Counted from the first letter of the stretch, positions 38,703-48,760 are shown. The stretch: 64,000 nt of DNA from Chthoniobacteraceae bacterium (GCA_031409335.1 JANNWY010000195.1:32001-96000), one strand, 5' to 3'. The notes: generated by a model not told the origin, from the sequence alone. Numbers and translations: made by a program.

Positions 38703-39910
38703 TTCTTTTGGATGCAATAGAGCGTCTTGTCGCCGCGCAGGAAAATTCTTCCATCGCTGATGGCGGCACTCGCCCGATTCTCCTCGCCGATTTCATTCGT
38801 CGCGAGCACTTCGAGTTTCTCGCCGACCTTGAGCACGTAACTCTTCCCCGCGCTCGCAAAGTAGATGCGCCCATCGCCCGTCGCGACCGGGCTCGCCCAT
38901 GTGGAAACGCCGGGCAACCGTTCGGAGAAGGCAAGTTCACCGGTGGCCAGCTTGAAGCATTTCAGGATCTCCGGACTGTGCGTGCGCCAGACCAAATCGC
39001 CCGCGATGATCGCCGAAGACAAGCCTTCGGAGATTTGCGGGATCGTCCATTTCAGATGCGTCTTCGTCACATTGCCCGCGCCGCCCGGATCGACGCAGAC
39101 CCCTTTTCCGCCGCGCCCGCTGTCACTGAAAACAACCCCGCCGCCGAACGCCGGCGACGACGCATCGCCCTGCGCCGCGCACCACCACAGGATCTTCCCG
39201 CTCGCGGGATCGACGCCCTGCAACGCTCCCGATGCGCTCACGAGCATCTGCGACTTTCCCGCGACATTCACGATCACCGGCGTGCTATGCGCAAAACCGG
39301 TTTCCGGGCGCTTCGCCTCCCATTTGATTTCGCCCGTGGCCTTGTCGAACGCGACGATGCTCGAAGTCTTGCCCGTCTGATCGCAGTCGAGAATGACGGT
39401 ATCGCCATAAAGGATCGGGCTGCTGCCGAGCGCCACGTCGAATGCGGTATTCGCGAGTTCTTTTCGCCACACAAGTCTGCCGTTGAAGTCGAGCGCGGCG
39501 ACCACCGCCGAGCCAAAGACGACATACACGCGCTGTCCGTCGGTGCATGGCGTCGGAGCGCCGTAGCCGCCGCGCAGGTCTTTTAGAATCAAGGCTCCCG
39601 GCTCCACCGCCGTCTCCCATAGCGGCTTGCCGTCCGCTATTGCGAAGCAAAGGACGCGATGCGCGAGCGGCTGATTTTGCGCGGACGTTACGAATACGCG
39701 GTCGCCAAACACGATCGGCGACGACCACGGATTGTCGCTCTTCGGCAACGCCGCGCGCCACGCGATATTCTCGCCGGTCTTCGCATTCCATGTGAGCGGC
39801 AAGTCACGTTCGTCCGTGAGACCCAAGCCGCTTTCACCACGAAACTGCGGCCAGTTTGCCGCATGCGCCGCGACTGCGAAAGCAAACAGCAACAGCGCGC
39901 AAATCCTCAT
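38699..39910 (-). CDS. PQQ-binding-like (BamB-type) beta-propeller protein
   Basis: Signal + NWPQFRG, WSSPIVFGDRVF, GSSPILYG, AFDKATGEIKW, WASPV, C-terminal IFLRGDKTLYCI. Confidence 0.88.
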   Translation of the reverse strand: MRICALLLFAFAVAAHAANWPQFRGESGLGLTDERDLPLTWNAKTGENIAWRAALPKSDNPWSSPIVFGDRVFVTSAQNQPLAHRVLCFAIADGKPLWETAVEPGALILKDLRGGYGAPTPCTDGQRVYVVFGSAVVAALDFNGRLVWRKELANTAFDVALGSSPILYGDTVILDCDQTGKTSSIVAFDKATGEIKWEAKRPETGFAHSTPVIVNVAGKSQMLVSASGALQGVDPASGKILWWCAAQGDASSPAFGGGVVFSDSGRGGKGVCVDPGGAGNVTKTHLKWTIPQISEGLSSAIIAGDLVWRTHSPEILKCFKLATGELAFSERLPGVSTWASPVATGDGRIYFASAGKSYVLKVGEKLEVLATNEIGEENRASAAISDGRIFLRGDKTLYCIQKK

Positions 39911-39987
39911 GGCATCTTACTCCGCTGCCGGCTCGGCCTTTTGCTCAGGCAGCAGGAAAGTGAGGGTTTGCGTGGCTGGTAAAATGG

Positions 39988-41490
39988 TCAGTGTTCGATT
40001 TCGGGTTTGGGTTCGGGGAGCCAGTGCGTGAGGACTGCGCCGATCAGCGCATAGACGCCGGCGACGATGGCACCCATCACCGCGATCTTCGCGGCACTCG
40101 GCGGATTGGATTCGGAAAGGGTGATGGTGAACCATGCGGCGGCGGTCCCGATCACGCGCCCGCCGATGTTCGCGGCGAAACTTTCCCCCGTGCCGCGCAG
40201 GTGCAGCGGGAAGACGAGCGGGATGTAGTTTCCCCAAAACGAGAACTGCGCGACGACGAAGAGCCCAGCGAGAAAAATGCCCGCTTTCACCAGGCCGAGC
40301 GAGTCGCCGCCGAGATTGCCGGAGAGCCACCAGAAAAAGAACGGCACGAAAAGGAGCGCGGGAATTTGGAAGACGCGGAGCAGCGCGCGGCGGCTGACGA
40401 TGACGGTGGCGAGCAGCGCAAAAATCACGCGCCCGGCGAGGCCGCCGAGTTCCTGCGCGCTGGAGATTTTCGCCACCGCTTCGTCGCTGGCATTCGCGCC
40501 AATCTGGCGTTTCTGCGCGGGCGTGAGTTCGGGTTTGCCCGCGGCTTTGGCCTCGGCCACGGCTTTGCCCACCGCCGCTTTTGCCGTGGCGATGATTTCC
40601 TTGTGCCCACGCTCGCCGGGCGTCCCGATACCGGCCGCGCCGATGATTTGCGGGAGCTGCTGGATCGCGCCAAAAGCGAGCCCGTAGCTGGCGGCGAAAA
40701 CGAGCGTGGTGACGACCGTGGTGCGGATGAGGCCAGGGCTGAAAAGTTCCGCGATGCTCGGGCGCTTGAGCTGACCGCTTGCGCGCTTTTGCGCCCACGC
40801 GGGCGACTCGGGCAGGAAGGGCCGGATGAGGATGAGCGGCAGCGCCGGGATGACGCCGGAGATGAGCGTGTAGCGCCACGCCTCGTTCCCGCCCTGGATC
40901 GCGGGAAGACTGAGCGCCCATTTCGCGGCGGCGATATTCGCGAGGGCGACGAGGATGCCGCCGAGCGAGGAAAATGCCTGCGTGTAGCCGAGCACTTTTT
41001 CGCGCTGGCGCGGGTCGGTGAAAAGTTCGGCGAGCCACGCGACGGCGGCGACGAATTCCACGCACACGCCAATGAAAACGAGGCAGCGGAAGAGGAGCAA
41101 TTGCGGAAGCGTGGTCGCGAAGCCCGCGGCGCAGGCCGCGCCCGCGTAGAGTAGTATGCTGAACGTGAGCACGCGGCGGCGACCGAGCAGATCGGTGAGG
41201 TAGCCGCCGAGCAGCCCGAAGACGCCGCCCGCGATGGCGGGCACGAAGAACAGCGTGCGCGCCCACTTCACATACATTTCACCGCCCGGCAGCCACTTCG
41301 CCATCGCCTCCGGGCGCGGCATCCCGCCCGCGACCATTTGCTCGACGAGCGGCGCGCTGAGCGCGGCCATCGCGGGCTTGATGATGAGCGGGAGCATCAG
41401 CAGCTCGTAGATGTCGAAGGCAAACCCGATCGACGCGATGATGCAGATGAGCCATTGCGTGCGGGATAGACCGCCGGTGGAAGTGGACAT
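39988..41490 (-). CDS. MFS transporter
   Basis: GFAFDIYE, motif A GYLTDLLGRRR, AWLAELF, PESP, and many hydrophobic segments. Confidence 0.9.
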   Translation of the reverse strand: MSTSTGGLSRTQWLICIIASIGFAFDIYELLMLPLIIKPAMAALSAPLVEQMVAGGMPRPEAMAKWLPGGEMYVKWARTLFFVPAIAGGVFGLLGGYLTDLLGRRRVLTFSILLYAGAACAAGFATTLPQLLLFRCLVFIGVCVEFVAAVAWLAELFTDPRQREKVLGYTQAFSSLGGILVALANIAAAKWALSLPAIQGGNEAWRYTLISGVIPALPLILIRPFLPESPAWAQKRASGQLKRPSIAELFSPGLIRTTVVTTLVFAASYGLAFGAIQQLPQIIGAAGIGTPGERGHKEIIATAKAAVGKAVAEAKAAGKPELTPAQKRQIGANASDEAVAKISSAQELGGLAGRVIFALLATVIVSRRALLRVFQIPALLFVPFFFWWLSGNLGGDSLGLVKAGIFLAGLFVVAQFSFWGNYIPLVFPLHLRGTGESFAANIGGRVIGTAAAWFTITLSESNPPSAAKIAVMGAIVAGVYALIGAVLTHWLPEPKPEIEH

Positions 41491-41508
41491 GCGAAAAATT
41501 GCGCGAAG

Positions 41509-43089
41509 CTACTTTTTCTCCGCGGGCTTGTCCGCCGCGACCGGCTTCGCGCCTTCCGCGATCGCGTAGAGATGCGTCTGCGTGCCGACGTACATCGTGC
41601 CATTCGCCACGATCGGCGTGGAGTACACGGGCGCACCCATGTTCACTTCGCTCAGCACCTTCTTCACCTTGTCGTCCGCGAGCACCACTACGTCGCCGTC
41701 CTCGTCGCCGATATACACCTTCCCATCGACGCAAAAGGTCGAGCCCCAGATGTGCGCCTGCATGTCGTGCTCCCAATATTTTTTCCCCGTCTCCGCATCA
41801 AGGCAAAAGACGAAGCCGCTAAAGTCCGCGATGAAGAGCAGTCCTTTCTCCGGGTCGATCGAGACGGTGCTGATGGTGCGATGGATTTCTTTGAAATCCC
41901 AAATCAGTCCGGTCTTCGTGATGTCACCCTTCTTCGTCGCATCCACGCACACCAGCCGCCCGACACCTTCGCCGTGCTCCGGGTCCTGGCCGATCGCGAC
42001 ATACACGCGGTTTTTGTAAAAAACGGGCGTCGAGTTGATCTCGCTCGGGCCTTCCGCGGCGGGATATTTGATCGGCTTGCCGGTCTTGTCCTTCTTGTAT
42101 TCCTCGGGCACGGCGTCGAACCACCAGACCTTCTTCATGATCGCATCCTCGCCCTCTTTCACCGGCTGGGAATCGAACGCGTAAAGGATGCCGTCGCCAC
42201 CGCCAAAATAGACGTGATCCTTCCCGCCGACCTTCCCGCTCGAAGGCGAAGTCCACTGGCCGTGCTTGATGTTTGTCCCGAGTTTCGCGTCGTCTTCGCC
42301 GAGAAACGCCCCCGTGTTTTTATCGAGCATGATGAAGCTCGGCGACATCGGCGAAGGGATGTTCACATGCGTCCAGTCCTGCCCGTTCGAGGTGCAGGTG
42401 AAAAGGTGGTCGCCGACATTGATGACGGAGGAGTTCGTCGCGTTGTGCGGGAAAACGCCGAGTTCATCCATCATGTCGTATTTCCAAAGCATGTCCGCGT
42501 CGGTCGGCGTCACTTCCACTTTCGGCTTGCCCGGCCCGACCATGTATTGCCCTTCATCCATGAATGGACCTTGATTCCCGTTCGCCTGGCCTTGCAGATC
42601 GAGACACACAACTTCACACCGGCTCGTCGTCAGCCACACCTTGTCGCCCTCCACCGTCGGCGAACTCAGCAGCCCGAGATACTCCCAATCATTCACCTTC
42701 CCCGAAGCCAGCTTCGGCACCGTGAACTGCCAGATAAATTTCCCCGTGTATTCGTCGAAACAATACAGCACCGACTTGTCATCCTTGAACCGCGCATCGC
42801 GCGGCGTCGCGTTATTCGTCCCCACGAGCACCTTCCCCGCCGACACCACCGGATTCCCATAAGTCTGCGACCCGAGCTTCACGACCCACTTCACATTGCT
42901 CGTCGTGGAAAGATCCACGTCCTCCGAGTTTGGCTTAAACTTACCCGGCTCAAACTTCGCCGGAAACCCCTTCGCCTTGGAATACATATTCCGCCCTGGA
43001 TCAGCCCCGCCCCATTGAGTCCAGTCGTCGGCCTGAACGCTGGCGGCGAGCGAGGTGAAAGCGAGGGCGGAGAGGAGACGATGATTCAT
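41509..43089 (-). CDS. PQQ-binding-like beta-propeller protein (526 aa)
   Basis: Signal + DWTQWGG, YGNPVVSAGKVLVG, LSSPTVEG, CLDAETGKKYW, YSTPIVANGTMYV. Confidence 0.85.
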   Translation of the reverse strand: MNHRLLSALAFTSLAASVQADDWTQWGGADPGRNMYSKAKGFPAKFEPGKFKPNSEDVDLSTTSNVKWVVKLGSQTYGNPVVSAGKVLVGTNNATPRDARFKDDKSVLYCFDEYTGKFIWQFTVPKLASGKVNDWEYLGLLSSPTVEGDKVWLTTSRCEVVCLDLQGQANGNQGPFMDEGQYMVGPGKPKVEVTPTDADMLWKYDMMDELGVFPHNATNSSVINVGDHLFTCTSNGQDWTHVNIPSPMSPSFIMLDKNTGAFLGEDDAKLGTNIKHGQWTSPSSGKVGGKDHVYFGGGDGILYAFDSQPVKEGEDAIMKKVWWFDAVPEEYKKDKTGKPIKYPAAEGPSEINSTPVFYKNRVYVAIGQDPEHGEGVGRLVCVDATKKGDITKTGLIWDFKEIHRTISTVSIDPEKGLLFIADFSGFVFCLDAETGKKYWEHDMQAHIWGSTFCVDGKVYIGDEDGDVVVLADDKVKKVLSEVNMGAPVYSTPIVANGTMYVGTQTHLYAIAEGAKPVAADKPAEKK

Positions 43090-43227
43090 GGAATTCGGCA
43101 GTGAGGGTGATCGGGTAACTCTTTACGCATACGTATCATTTCCCGCCAAGCGGATTCTTTGGCGGAAAACGCTGCGAGGCGGACTGCAAAATGGGAGCAG
43201 GTGCGAAATGCGACGGCCCTGTGGGCG

Positions 43228-43259
43228 GCTCAACGTCCAACTTTCAACGCTCAACATTC
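43228..43259. repeat. Degenerate heptamer repeats (CAACGTC/CAACTTT/CAACGCT/CAACATT)
   Basis: ctcaacgtccaactttcaacgctcaacattc. Confidence 0.55.
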
Positions 43260-43432
43260 GGTCGTGTCCTAATTTGGATTTTGAGCAGGAAGAATCGTTT
43301 TGCGGGAGGAAAAAGCCAGAAGTCTGGCGACGCGCGCTAACAAAAGAGGCGGTGCGTCGGCGAAGTCGGATGTGAGACAGGCCCTGTGTCACGGCCTGGA
43401 AAGCTCGTGCCACTTTGCTGACTTCGCTGCAA

Positions 43433-43681
43433 TTATTGCCAGATGACCGTGTAAATCGAATCAGGAACTGCTTCACCATGTTCCTCCTTGCGGACGCAGC
43501 GGAACCCGAATTCATCAGGGCGGATGGTTGGCGCACAGAAGGAGCGGCTGGCAACGCGACATAAAGCCGAGTCGTTCCAACTGCCACCGCGGACGACCCG
43601 GTTTGTTCCGGTGCTCGGGCCCCACGGGTCGGTCACGGCAGAACTGCTGTAAGCACCGCACCGATCCTAACGCAGTTCCCG
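43433..43681 (-). pseudogene. 3' remnant of an FGE-sulfatase (SUMF1-type, C-lectin fold) gene
   Basis: RELR*DRCGAYSSSAVTDPWGPSTGTNRVVRGGSWNDSALCRVASR...FGFRCV matches the family pattern WEWCxDWY..Y...DP.GP..G..RV.RGGSW...R...GFR. In-frame TAG at 43667-43669; no 5' part. Confidence 0.75.
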
Positions 43682-43708
43682 CGCGGTGAGGGTGATGCGC
43701 TTTATTGA

Positions 43709-43840
43709 TCACGGAGTGGGCTTGAATCTCTTCCAAATCCCCCCAGCGCCCGTTCCCCCGCAGGTATCCGTCCAGTAGAGCCAGGACGAATCGACGGCAA
43801 TGGTGGTGACAGTGCCCGCAGTCACCGGAGCCAGGTTCGC
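43709..43840 (-). pseudogene. 3' fragment of a beta-propeller-repeat gene
   Basis: LAPVTAGTVTTIAVDSSWLYWTDTCGGTGAGGIWKRFKPTP* resembles IAVD...(L/V)YWT blade repeats. Confidence 0.45.
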
Positions 43841-43844
43841 CGGA

Positions 43845-44027
43845 GAGTTCCGCCTCATCTCGCTCGCAGCGCTGGTGCGCATGAGACTCGCCGCCTTCCG
43901 CGACAAAGACCGTGTCCACCTGCGCGATCTCGTCTCCGTCGGCCTCGTCGATGAATCATGGCTTCCCGGCCTTTCCACCGCCATGCGCGAACGTCTCGCT
44001 CTCATCCTCTCCTCGCCCGAGGGATGA
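43845..44027 (+). pseudogene. 3' fragment of a nucleotidyltransferase-like hypothetical gene
   Basis: FRLISLAALVRMRLAAFRDKDRVHLRDLVSVGLVDESWL..L...MRERLALILSSPEG* has an R.KD motif typical of such C-termini. No N-terminal part is present. Confidence 0.5.
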
Positions 44028-44250
44028 TTCGCCCCTCGATTTCAATTTGGTGATCAGGTCGAAGACTGGACCCAAAGCGCGAGGAGCGAGTCTAAAGAAG
44101 CGACCCTTTTTCTTTCGTTGGGAACGGATGGAAGAAACATTACGGTTGCTCGGGGAGGGCTGCGGAGCGTAAACCTAAGCACATGTTCCGGGGCACCTTA
44201 TGCCCGAGTGCGGAACGCGACCGTTCGCCTGTATTATCTCCCCCTGAAAA

Positions 44251-44830
44251 TATGAAACTGATGAGTGGACTCATTTCCAGCACACCGCGAAGGCGGAACG
44301 CATCTTCCTTCGCGTCTGTGGCCATCGTCGCTGCGATTCTGTCGCTGATCTGCGGAGGGTTGCTTTGGGCAAACCCTTCGGCACAGCCAGGCGTCGTCGT
44401 TTCGTGGGGCAGTCAAAGTATTCCGCTTTCGTTTTACGACGGCCAACGAATCCTGAAGGTCGCCGGTGGAGGCAGCTATAGCCTAGCGTTAAAAAGCGAC
44501 GGTTCGGTCGTCGTTTGGGGAAATAACATTAGCGCAGGCCCAGCCGGTCATAGCAATGTCGTTCAGATCGCGGCGGGTGATTCCCACTGTTTGGCACTCA
44601 AGAGCGACGGCTCGGTCGTTGCTTGGGGGAGCAACACATATGGCATGAGTACGGTCCCGGCAGGCCTAGAGCCTGTCATTCAGATTGCTGCCGGTTCTCG
44701 TCACAGCCTCGCACTTAAAAGTGATCGCTCGGTCGTCGCTTGGGGCGACAACTCAAATGGCCAAAGCACTGTACCCGCTGGCCTAGGCCCGCGCGTTCGG
44801 CTGCGGTCAGCTTGGGAAGTTCAGCTTTGA
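44251..44830 (+). pseudogene. Truncated RCC1-repeat secreted protein
   Basis: Hydrophobic signal, then three HSLALKSDGSVVAWG.N..GQSTVPAGL repeats, ending abruptly. Too few blades for a full propeller. Confidence 0.65.
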
Positions 44831-44987
44831 TTTCGGCGAGGCTAGTGATCGCGAGCATCGCGAATGGTTTTGGCGGGCGCAAGACGCGACAATTACCGAT
44901 GCCGGGCGGTGGCGTGTTTGGGAGTTTGTGCTAAAGCAAAAGTCGTCGCGCAAACTGCGATATCCCCCCTCGACACTGACTTTCATC

Positions 44988-47600
44988 GTGACTCGCTGGT
45001 CTTCTTCCATCGCAAAAAAATGCGCGCCGTTTTTCTTGTGCGGTATCGCCGCTGTGCGCGCGCAGTATGTGAATTTCGAGTCGCATCAGACGCGGCCGAT
45101 CTGTCTCTCGCCGGATGGCACGCGGCTGTTCGCGGTGAATACGCCGGACGGGCGGCTCTCGGTTTTCGATGTGTCGAATCCTGCGAATCCCGCGCCGGTT
45201 TTGATCCGTGAGATTCCGGTCGGGATCGAGCCGGTTTCGGTGAACGCGATCTCGAACGATGAGGCATGGGTGGTGAACGAGGTGTCCGATTCGGTGAGTA
45301 TCGTGTCGGTGTCGGCGGGTGCGGTTTTGGAGACGCTGGCGTGCGTGGATGAGCCGGCGGATGTCGTGTTCGCGAGTGGTCGCGCGTTTGTTTCGTGTTC
45401 GCAGAGTAATCTGGTGCGCGTGTTTGACATCGCGACGCGTGCGGCGGTCGCGACGATTCCGCTCGAAGGATTGAATCCGCAGTCGCTGGCGGTGAGCGGC
45501 GACGGGTCGAAAGTGTACGGCGCTTTCAAACTTTCCGGCAATCGGACGACGCTGCTTCCGGCGAATCTCGCGCCGGCGCAGCCGCTGCCGACGAACATCA
45601 CGAACTCGCCGCCGCAGGTCGGGCTGATCGTGAGCGCGAACGATCCGCGTCTGAGCCCGATGCCGAACCTGCCGGACAACGACGTGGTGGAGATCGACGC
45701 GGCGACCAATGGGATCACACGCTATTTCAATGGCACCGGGACGATCAACTTTTTCGTGGCGGTGCGTCCGGCGAGCAATGAAATCTGGATCGCGAACACG
45801 GAGGCGCTGAATCTCACGCGCTTTGAGTCGAATCTGAAAGGGCGCTCGGTGGACAATCGGGTGACGCGGGTGACGACGACGGGGGCGGTGATCGTCACGC
45901 CGTTCGATCTGAATCCCGGCGTGAACTACGCGCTTTTTCCAAACGACGCGGCGCGGACGACGGCTCTGGCGCAGCCGACTGCGATCGCGTTCACGGCGGA
46001 TGGCGCGGCGTTTTGGCTGGCGAGTTTCGGCACGGATCGCGTGGCGAAAATCGACGCGGCGACGGGCGCGGTGGCGGCGCGGATCGAGACGGGGCCGACC
46101 ACCGGCGCGGCGTTCGATCCGCGCAACAAACGCGGCCCGCGCGGCCTCGCGCTCCAATCCGCGAATGGCCGCCTTTACGTGCTCAATCGCATCTCGAACA
46201 CGATCACCGTGATTTCCACCACGAGCGAAACAGTGCTGACGGAAATCGCGACGGGCAGTTTTGATCCCACGCCCGCCACGATCCGGCAGGGGCGCGGATT
46301 TCTTTACGATGCGCGGATTTCTGGAAATGGCACGCAGTCGTGCGCTTCGTGCCACATCGATGGCGATCGCGATGAACTGGCGTGGGATTTGGGCGATCCG
46401 GCCGGTGCGATGCAAAACGTGAACACGCAGTTCGGCTCATTTTCCATGCACCCGATGAAAGGCCCGATGACGACGCAGACGCTGCGCGGCCTGCGGAACA
46501 TGAACCCGCTGCACTGGCGCGGCGACAAGGCGAGTTTCACGGATTTCAATGGCGCGTTCGCTTCGTTGCTCGGCGGCTCGCAGCTCAATGCGGCAGACAT
46601 GACTGCGTTCAGCGATTTCATCAATACGATCGTCTTCGAGCCAAATCCGAATCAAAACCTCGATCGCTCGATGCCCGCGCTCTTTCCACCCGGCGATCCG
46701 AATGCGGGCGATCCAAATGCCGGACGCAGCACGTTCACCAACGAAAACTACCAGTCGAATCTGCGCTGCAACACCTGCCACGCGCTGCCGACCGGGACGA
46801 ATCGGATCCTCATCAGCGCCGCTGCCTTGCAGGAGAGCCAGAATTTCAAAGTGCCGCAGCTCCGCAATATGTATCAGAAGCGCCATTTTGTGAGCAGCGC
46901 GACCGCCGTGTCGCTCAGCGGATTCGGCTATGTTCACGATGGGCAGGACCCGGATATTTTTACATTTCTAAGTCGGCCAGTATTTGGAGCGTTTGCCGCC
47001 GACACGACGCGCAAACGGAATCTGTCCGCGTTTATGCAATGCTTCGACACTGGCACCGCGCCGGTTGTCGGTTTCACGCGCACGCTCACTGCGGGAACGC
47101 TGGCTGCGGGCGGCGCGGATTGGTCGGTGCTGGAATCGCAGGCCACGACCGGCGGCACAAATTTGGTCGTCCGCCTTTTGGAAAACGGGGAACGGCACGG
47201 CTTCGTCTATCGCGCCCCGACCAATGATTATTTGAGTGATCAGACCGGACTCGGGCCGCTCACGCGGGCTGCGCTCTATGCGCGAATCGCCGCCGGTGCG
47301 ATCGCAACCGTGATGGGTGCGCCTTTCGCCACCGGTCAGCGGCTGGGCGTGGATCGCGATGGCGACTCGATTCTCGATGCGGACGAGGTGATGCCCCGCT
47401 TGGAGATCTCGCCTTCCTCGGGCGCGCCGCTTCTTTCCTGGCCCGCCGCCGACGCTGCGCTGGTGCTCGAATGTGCGGACAGCCTCGGGCCGGCGGAATG
47501 GCTGCCGGTCACGCATCCGCGCGTGCCGGTCGGAGCTGCAGTTCAAGTGATCGATACATCAGCCGCGGCGCAGCGCTTCTACCGTCTTCGCAAGCCGTAG
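44988..47600 (+). CDS. YVTN/YncE-type beta-propeller fused to a diheme cytochrome c (peroxidase-like) domain
   Basis: LSPDGTRLFAVNTPD and LYVLNRISNTITVI blades; GRGFLYDA..S..G..SCASCH and CNTCH heme motifs; KVPQLRNMY, GFGYVHDG; C-terminal LSWP...RFYRL domain. Start uncertain. Confidence 0.85.
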   Translation: MTRWSSSIAKKCAPFFLCGIAAVRAQYVNFESHQTRPICLSPDGTRLFAVNTPDGRLSVFDVSNPANPAPVLIREIPVGIEPVSVNAISNDEAWVVNEVSDSVSIVSVSAGAVLETLACVDEPADVVFASGRAFVSCSQSNLVRVFDIATRAAVATIPLEGLNPQSLAVSGDGSKVYGAFKLSGNRTTLLPANLAPAQPLPTNITNSPPQVGLIVSANDPRLSPMPNLPDNDVVEIDAATNGITRYFNGTGTINFFVAVRPASNEIWIANTEALNLTRFESNLKGRSVDNRVTRVTTTGAVIVTPFDLNPGVNYALFPNDAARTTALAQPTAIAFTADGAAFWLASFGTDRVAKIDAATGAVAARIETGPTTGAAFDPRNKRGPRGLALQSANGRLYVLNRISNTITVISTTSETVLTEIATGSFDPTPATIRQGRGFLYDARISGNGTQSCASCHIDGDRDELAWDLGDPAGAMQNVNTQFGSFSMHPMKGPMTTQTLRGLRNMNPLHWRGDKASFTDFNGAFASLLGGSQLNAADMTAFSDFINTIVFEPNPNQNLDRSMPALFPPGDPNAGDPNAGRSTFTNENYQSNLRCNTCHALPTGTNRILISAAALQESQNFKVPQLRNMYQKRHFVSSATAVSLSGFGYVHDGQDPDIFTFLSRPVFGAFAADTTRKRNLSAFMQCFDTGTAPVVGFTRTLTAGTLAAGGADWSVLESQATTGGTNLVVRLLENGERHGFVYRAPTNDYLSDQTGLGPLTRAALYARIAAGAIATVMGAPFATGQRLGVDRDGDSILDADEVMPRLEISPSSGAPLLSWPAADAALVLECADSLGPAEWLPVTHPRVPVGAAVQVIDTSAAAQRFYRLRKP

Positions 47601-47756
47601 TGAGGCTTCGCGGACATCGGCAGCGCAAGGAAAACTCGGTTGCCTGCCATTTTTTGATGGACAAAATCCGATGTTTTATCGCAGTTTCGTCGGGTTGGCA
47701 TTCATTCGAGTCGCCAACACCCCCCTGAACGATAACAAACCAACCATTAGTACTTT

Positions 47757-48680
47757 ATGACCATAAAACCACCAAAACCAATCCTTGCAGGCGTAATCGC
47801 CGCCACCGCGATTTTCGCGCTCTCAGCAACAAGCTCCGCGCAAAATAACGGAATCAGCATTCACCCAATCACGATCGACGGCGCGTTCACCAACACGCCT
47901 GAGTGGTCGGACGTGACGCCAGCTCACTTTTTCTCCGCACCAGGCACCACCGCGACGCCGGTGTCGGCGGGTGATCCGAGCGCAAACACCGCGCTCTACG
48001 CTGCCATCGGTCGTCGTACGCCGACCGATGCTCCGAGCCTCCACCTGCTGTATGATTTCGTCCCACGAACGAATCCGTTTGTAGCATCCGGGGAAATTTT
48101 TGCCGCGATCACATTCCCGATCCACCTTCCAGAGCGGTTTCATCCTCAAGGCACCCCGGTGGGTTCGGATATCGAGCAGAATGTTTCGGTGATCTTCCAA
48201 GGCGGACTAAGTGATGTTGCCGGTTTGGGCGCAGTTGGGGTTGGCGGTTTCTTCGATATTTTCGTGGACTTCCTCGACGGGAGACCCCTCGTCCGGGCGG
48301 AAGAAGTCGGACTGTTTGGAGCTGCCGACTTTGGGCCTTCGCCACTCTCCACCACGGATCACCTAATCGTTGAATTGGGCGTCGGCCTTCGCATTCCGCA
48401 GAATTTTGGCGTCGAAGGTCCGCTGAATCCCGGCGGTGCTGGCATCAACCCCGCGACCGGCCTCTATGATCCCGATCCCGCATTCTGGGGCGCGGCTGCC
48501 GGAGGCGGAGGTCTCGCGCAGGACACTGGCGGTGGAACAAACAACCTCCAGTCCGCAAGCGCGGCACTCTTCACGATCAACCCGAATGGTTCGACCACGG
48601 TCACGCCGGTCCCCGAGCCGACGAGCGCGGCCTTGCTGCTAGGCAGCCTCGGCCTCATCGCGGCACGCCGGCGCCGGTAA
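47757..48680 (+). CDS. PEP-CTERM protein of unknown function (307 aa)
   Basis: Signal peptide ending TSSA; VPEPTSAALLLGSLGLIAARRRR. Confidence 0.9.
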   Translation: MTIKPPKPILAGVIAATAIFALSATSSAQNNGISIHPITIDGAFTNTPEWSDVTPAHFFSAPGTTATPVSAGDPSANTALYAAIGRRTPTDAPSLHLLYDFVPRTNPFVASGEIFAAITFPIHLPERFHPQGTPVGSDIEQNVSVIFQGGLSDVAGLGAVGVGGFFDIFVDFLDGRPLVRAEEVGLFGAADFGPSPLSTTDHLIVELGVGLRIPQNFGVEGPLNPGGAGINPATGLYDPDPAFWGAAAGGGGLAQDTGGGTNNLQSASAALFTINPNGSTTVTPVPEPTSAALLLGSLGLIAARRRR

Positions 48681-48715
48681 CCGCACTTTCGGCGGAGTGC
48701 CGCTGAAATAATCCG

Positions 48716-48760
48716 CGACTGCAGGGATGGCCCGAAGCCTCCCTGCAGTCGTTTTATTTT
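48716..48760 (+). terminator. Rho-independent terminator
   Basis: Stem CGACTGCAGGGA / TCCCTGCAGTCG followed by TTTTATTTT. Confidence 0.8.

Noticed and set aside
43260..43384. Possible IS5-family relic (GGTCGTGTCCTAA ... GTGAGACAGGCCC ends; RSLATRANK resembling RRIATRYDK)
   Set aside because: Ends match only loosely and the peptide similarity is too short to support.
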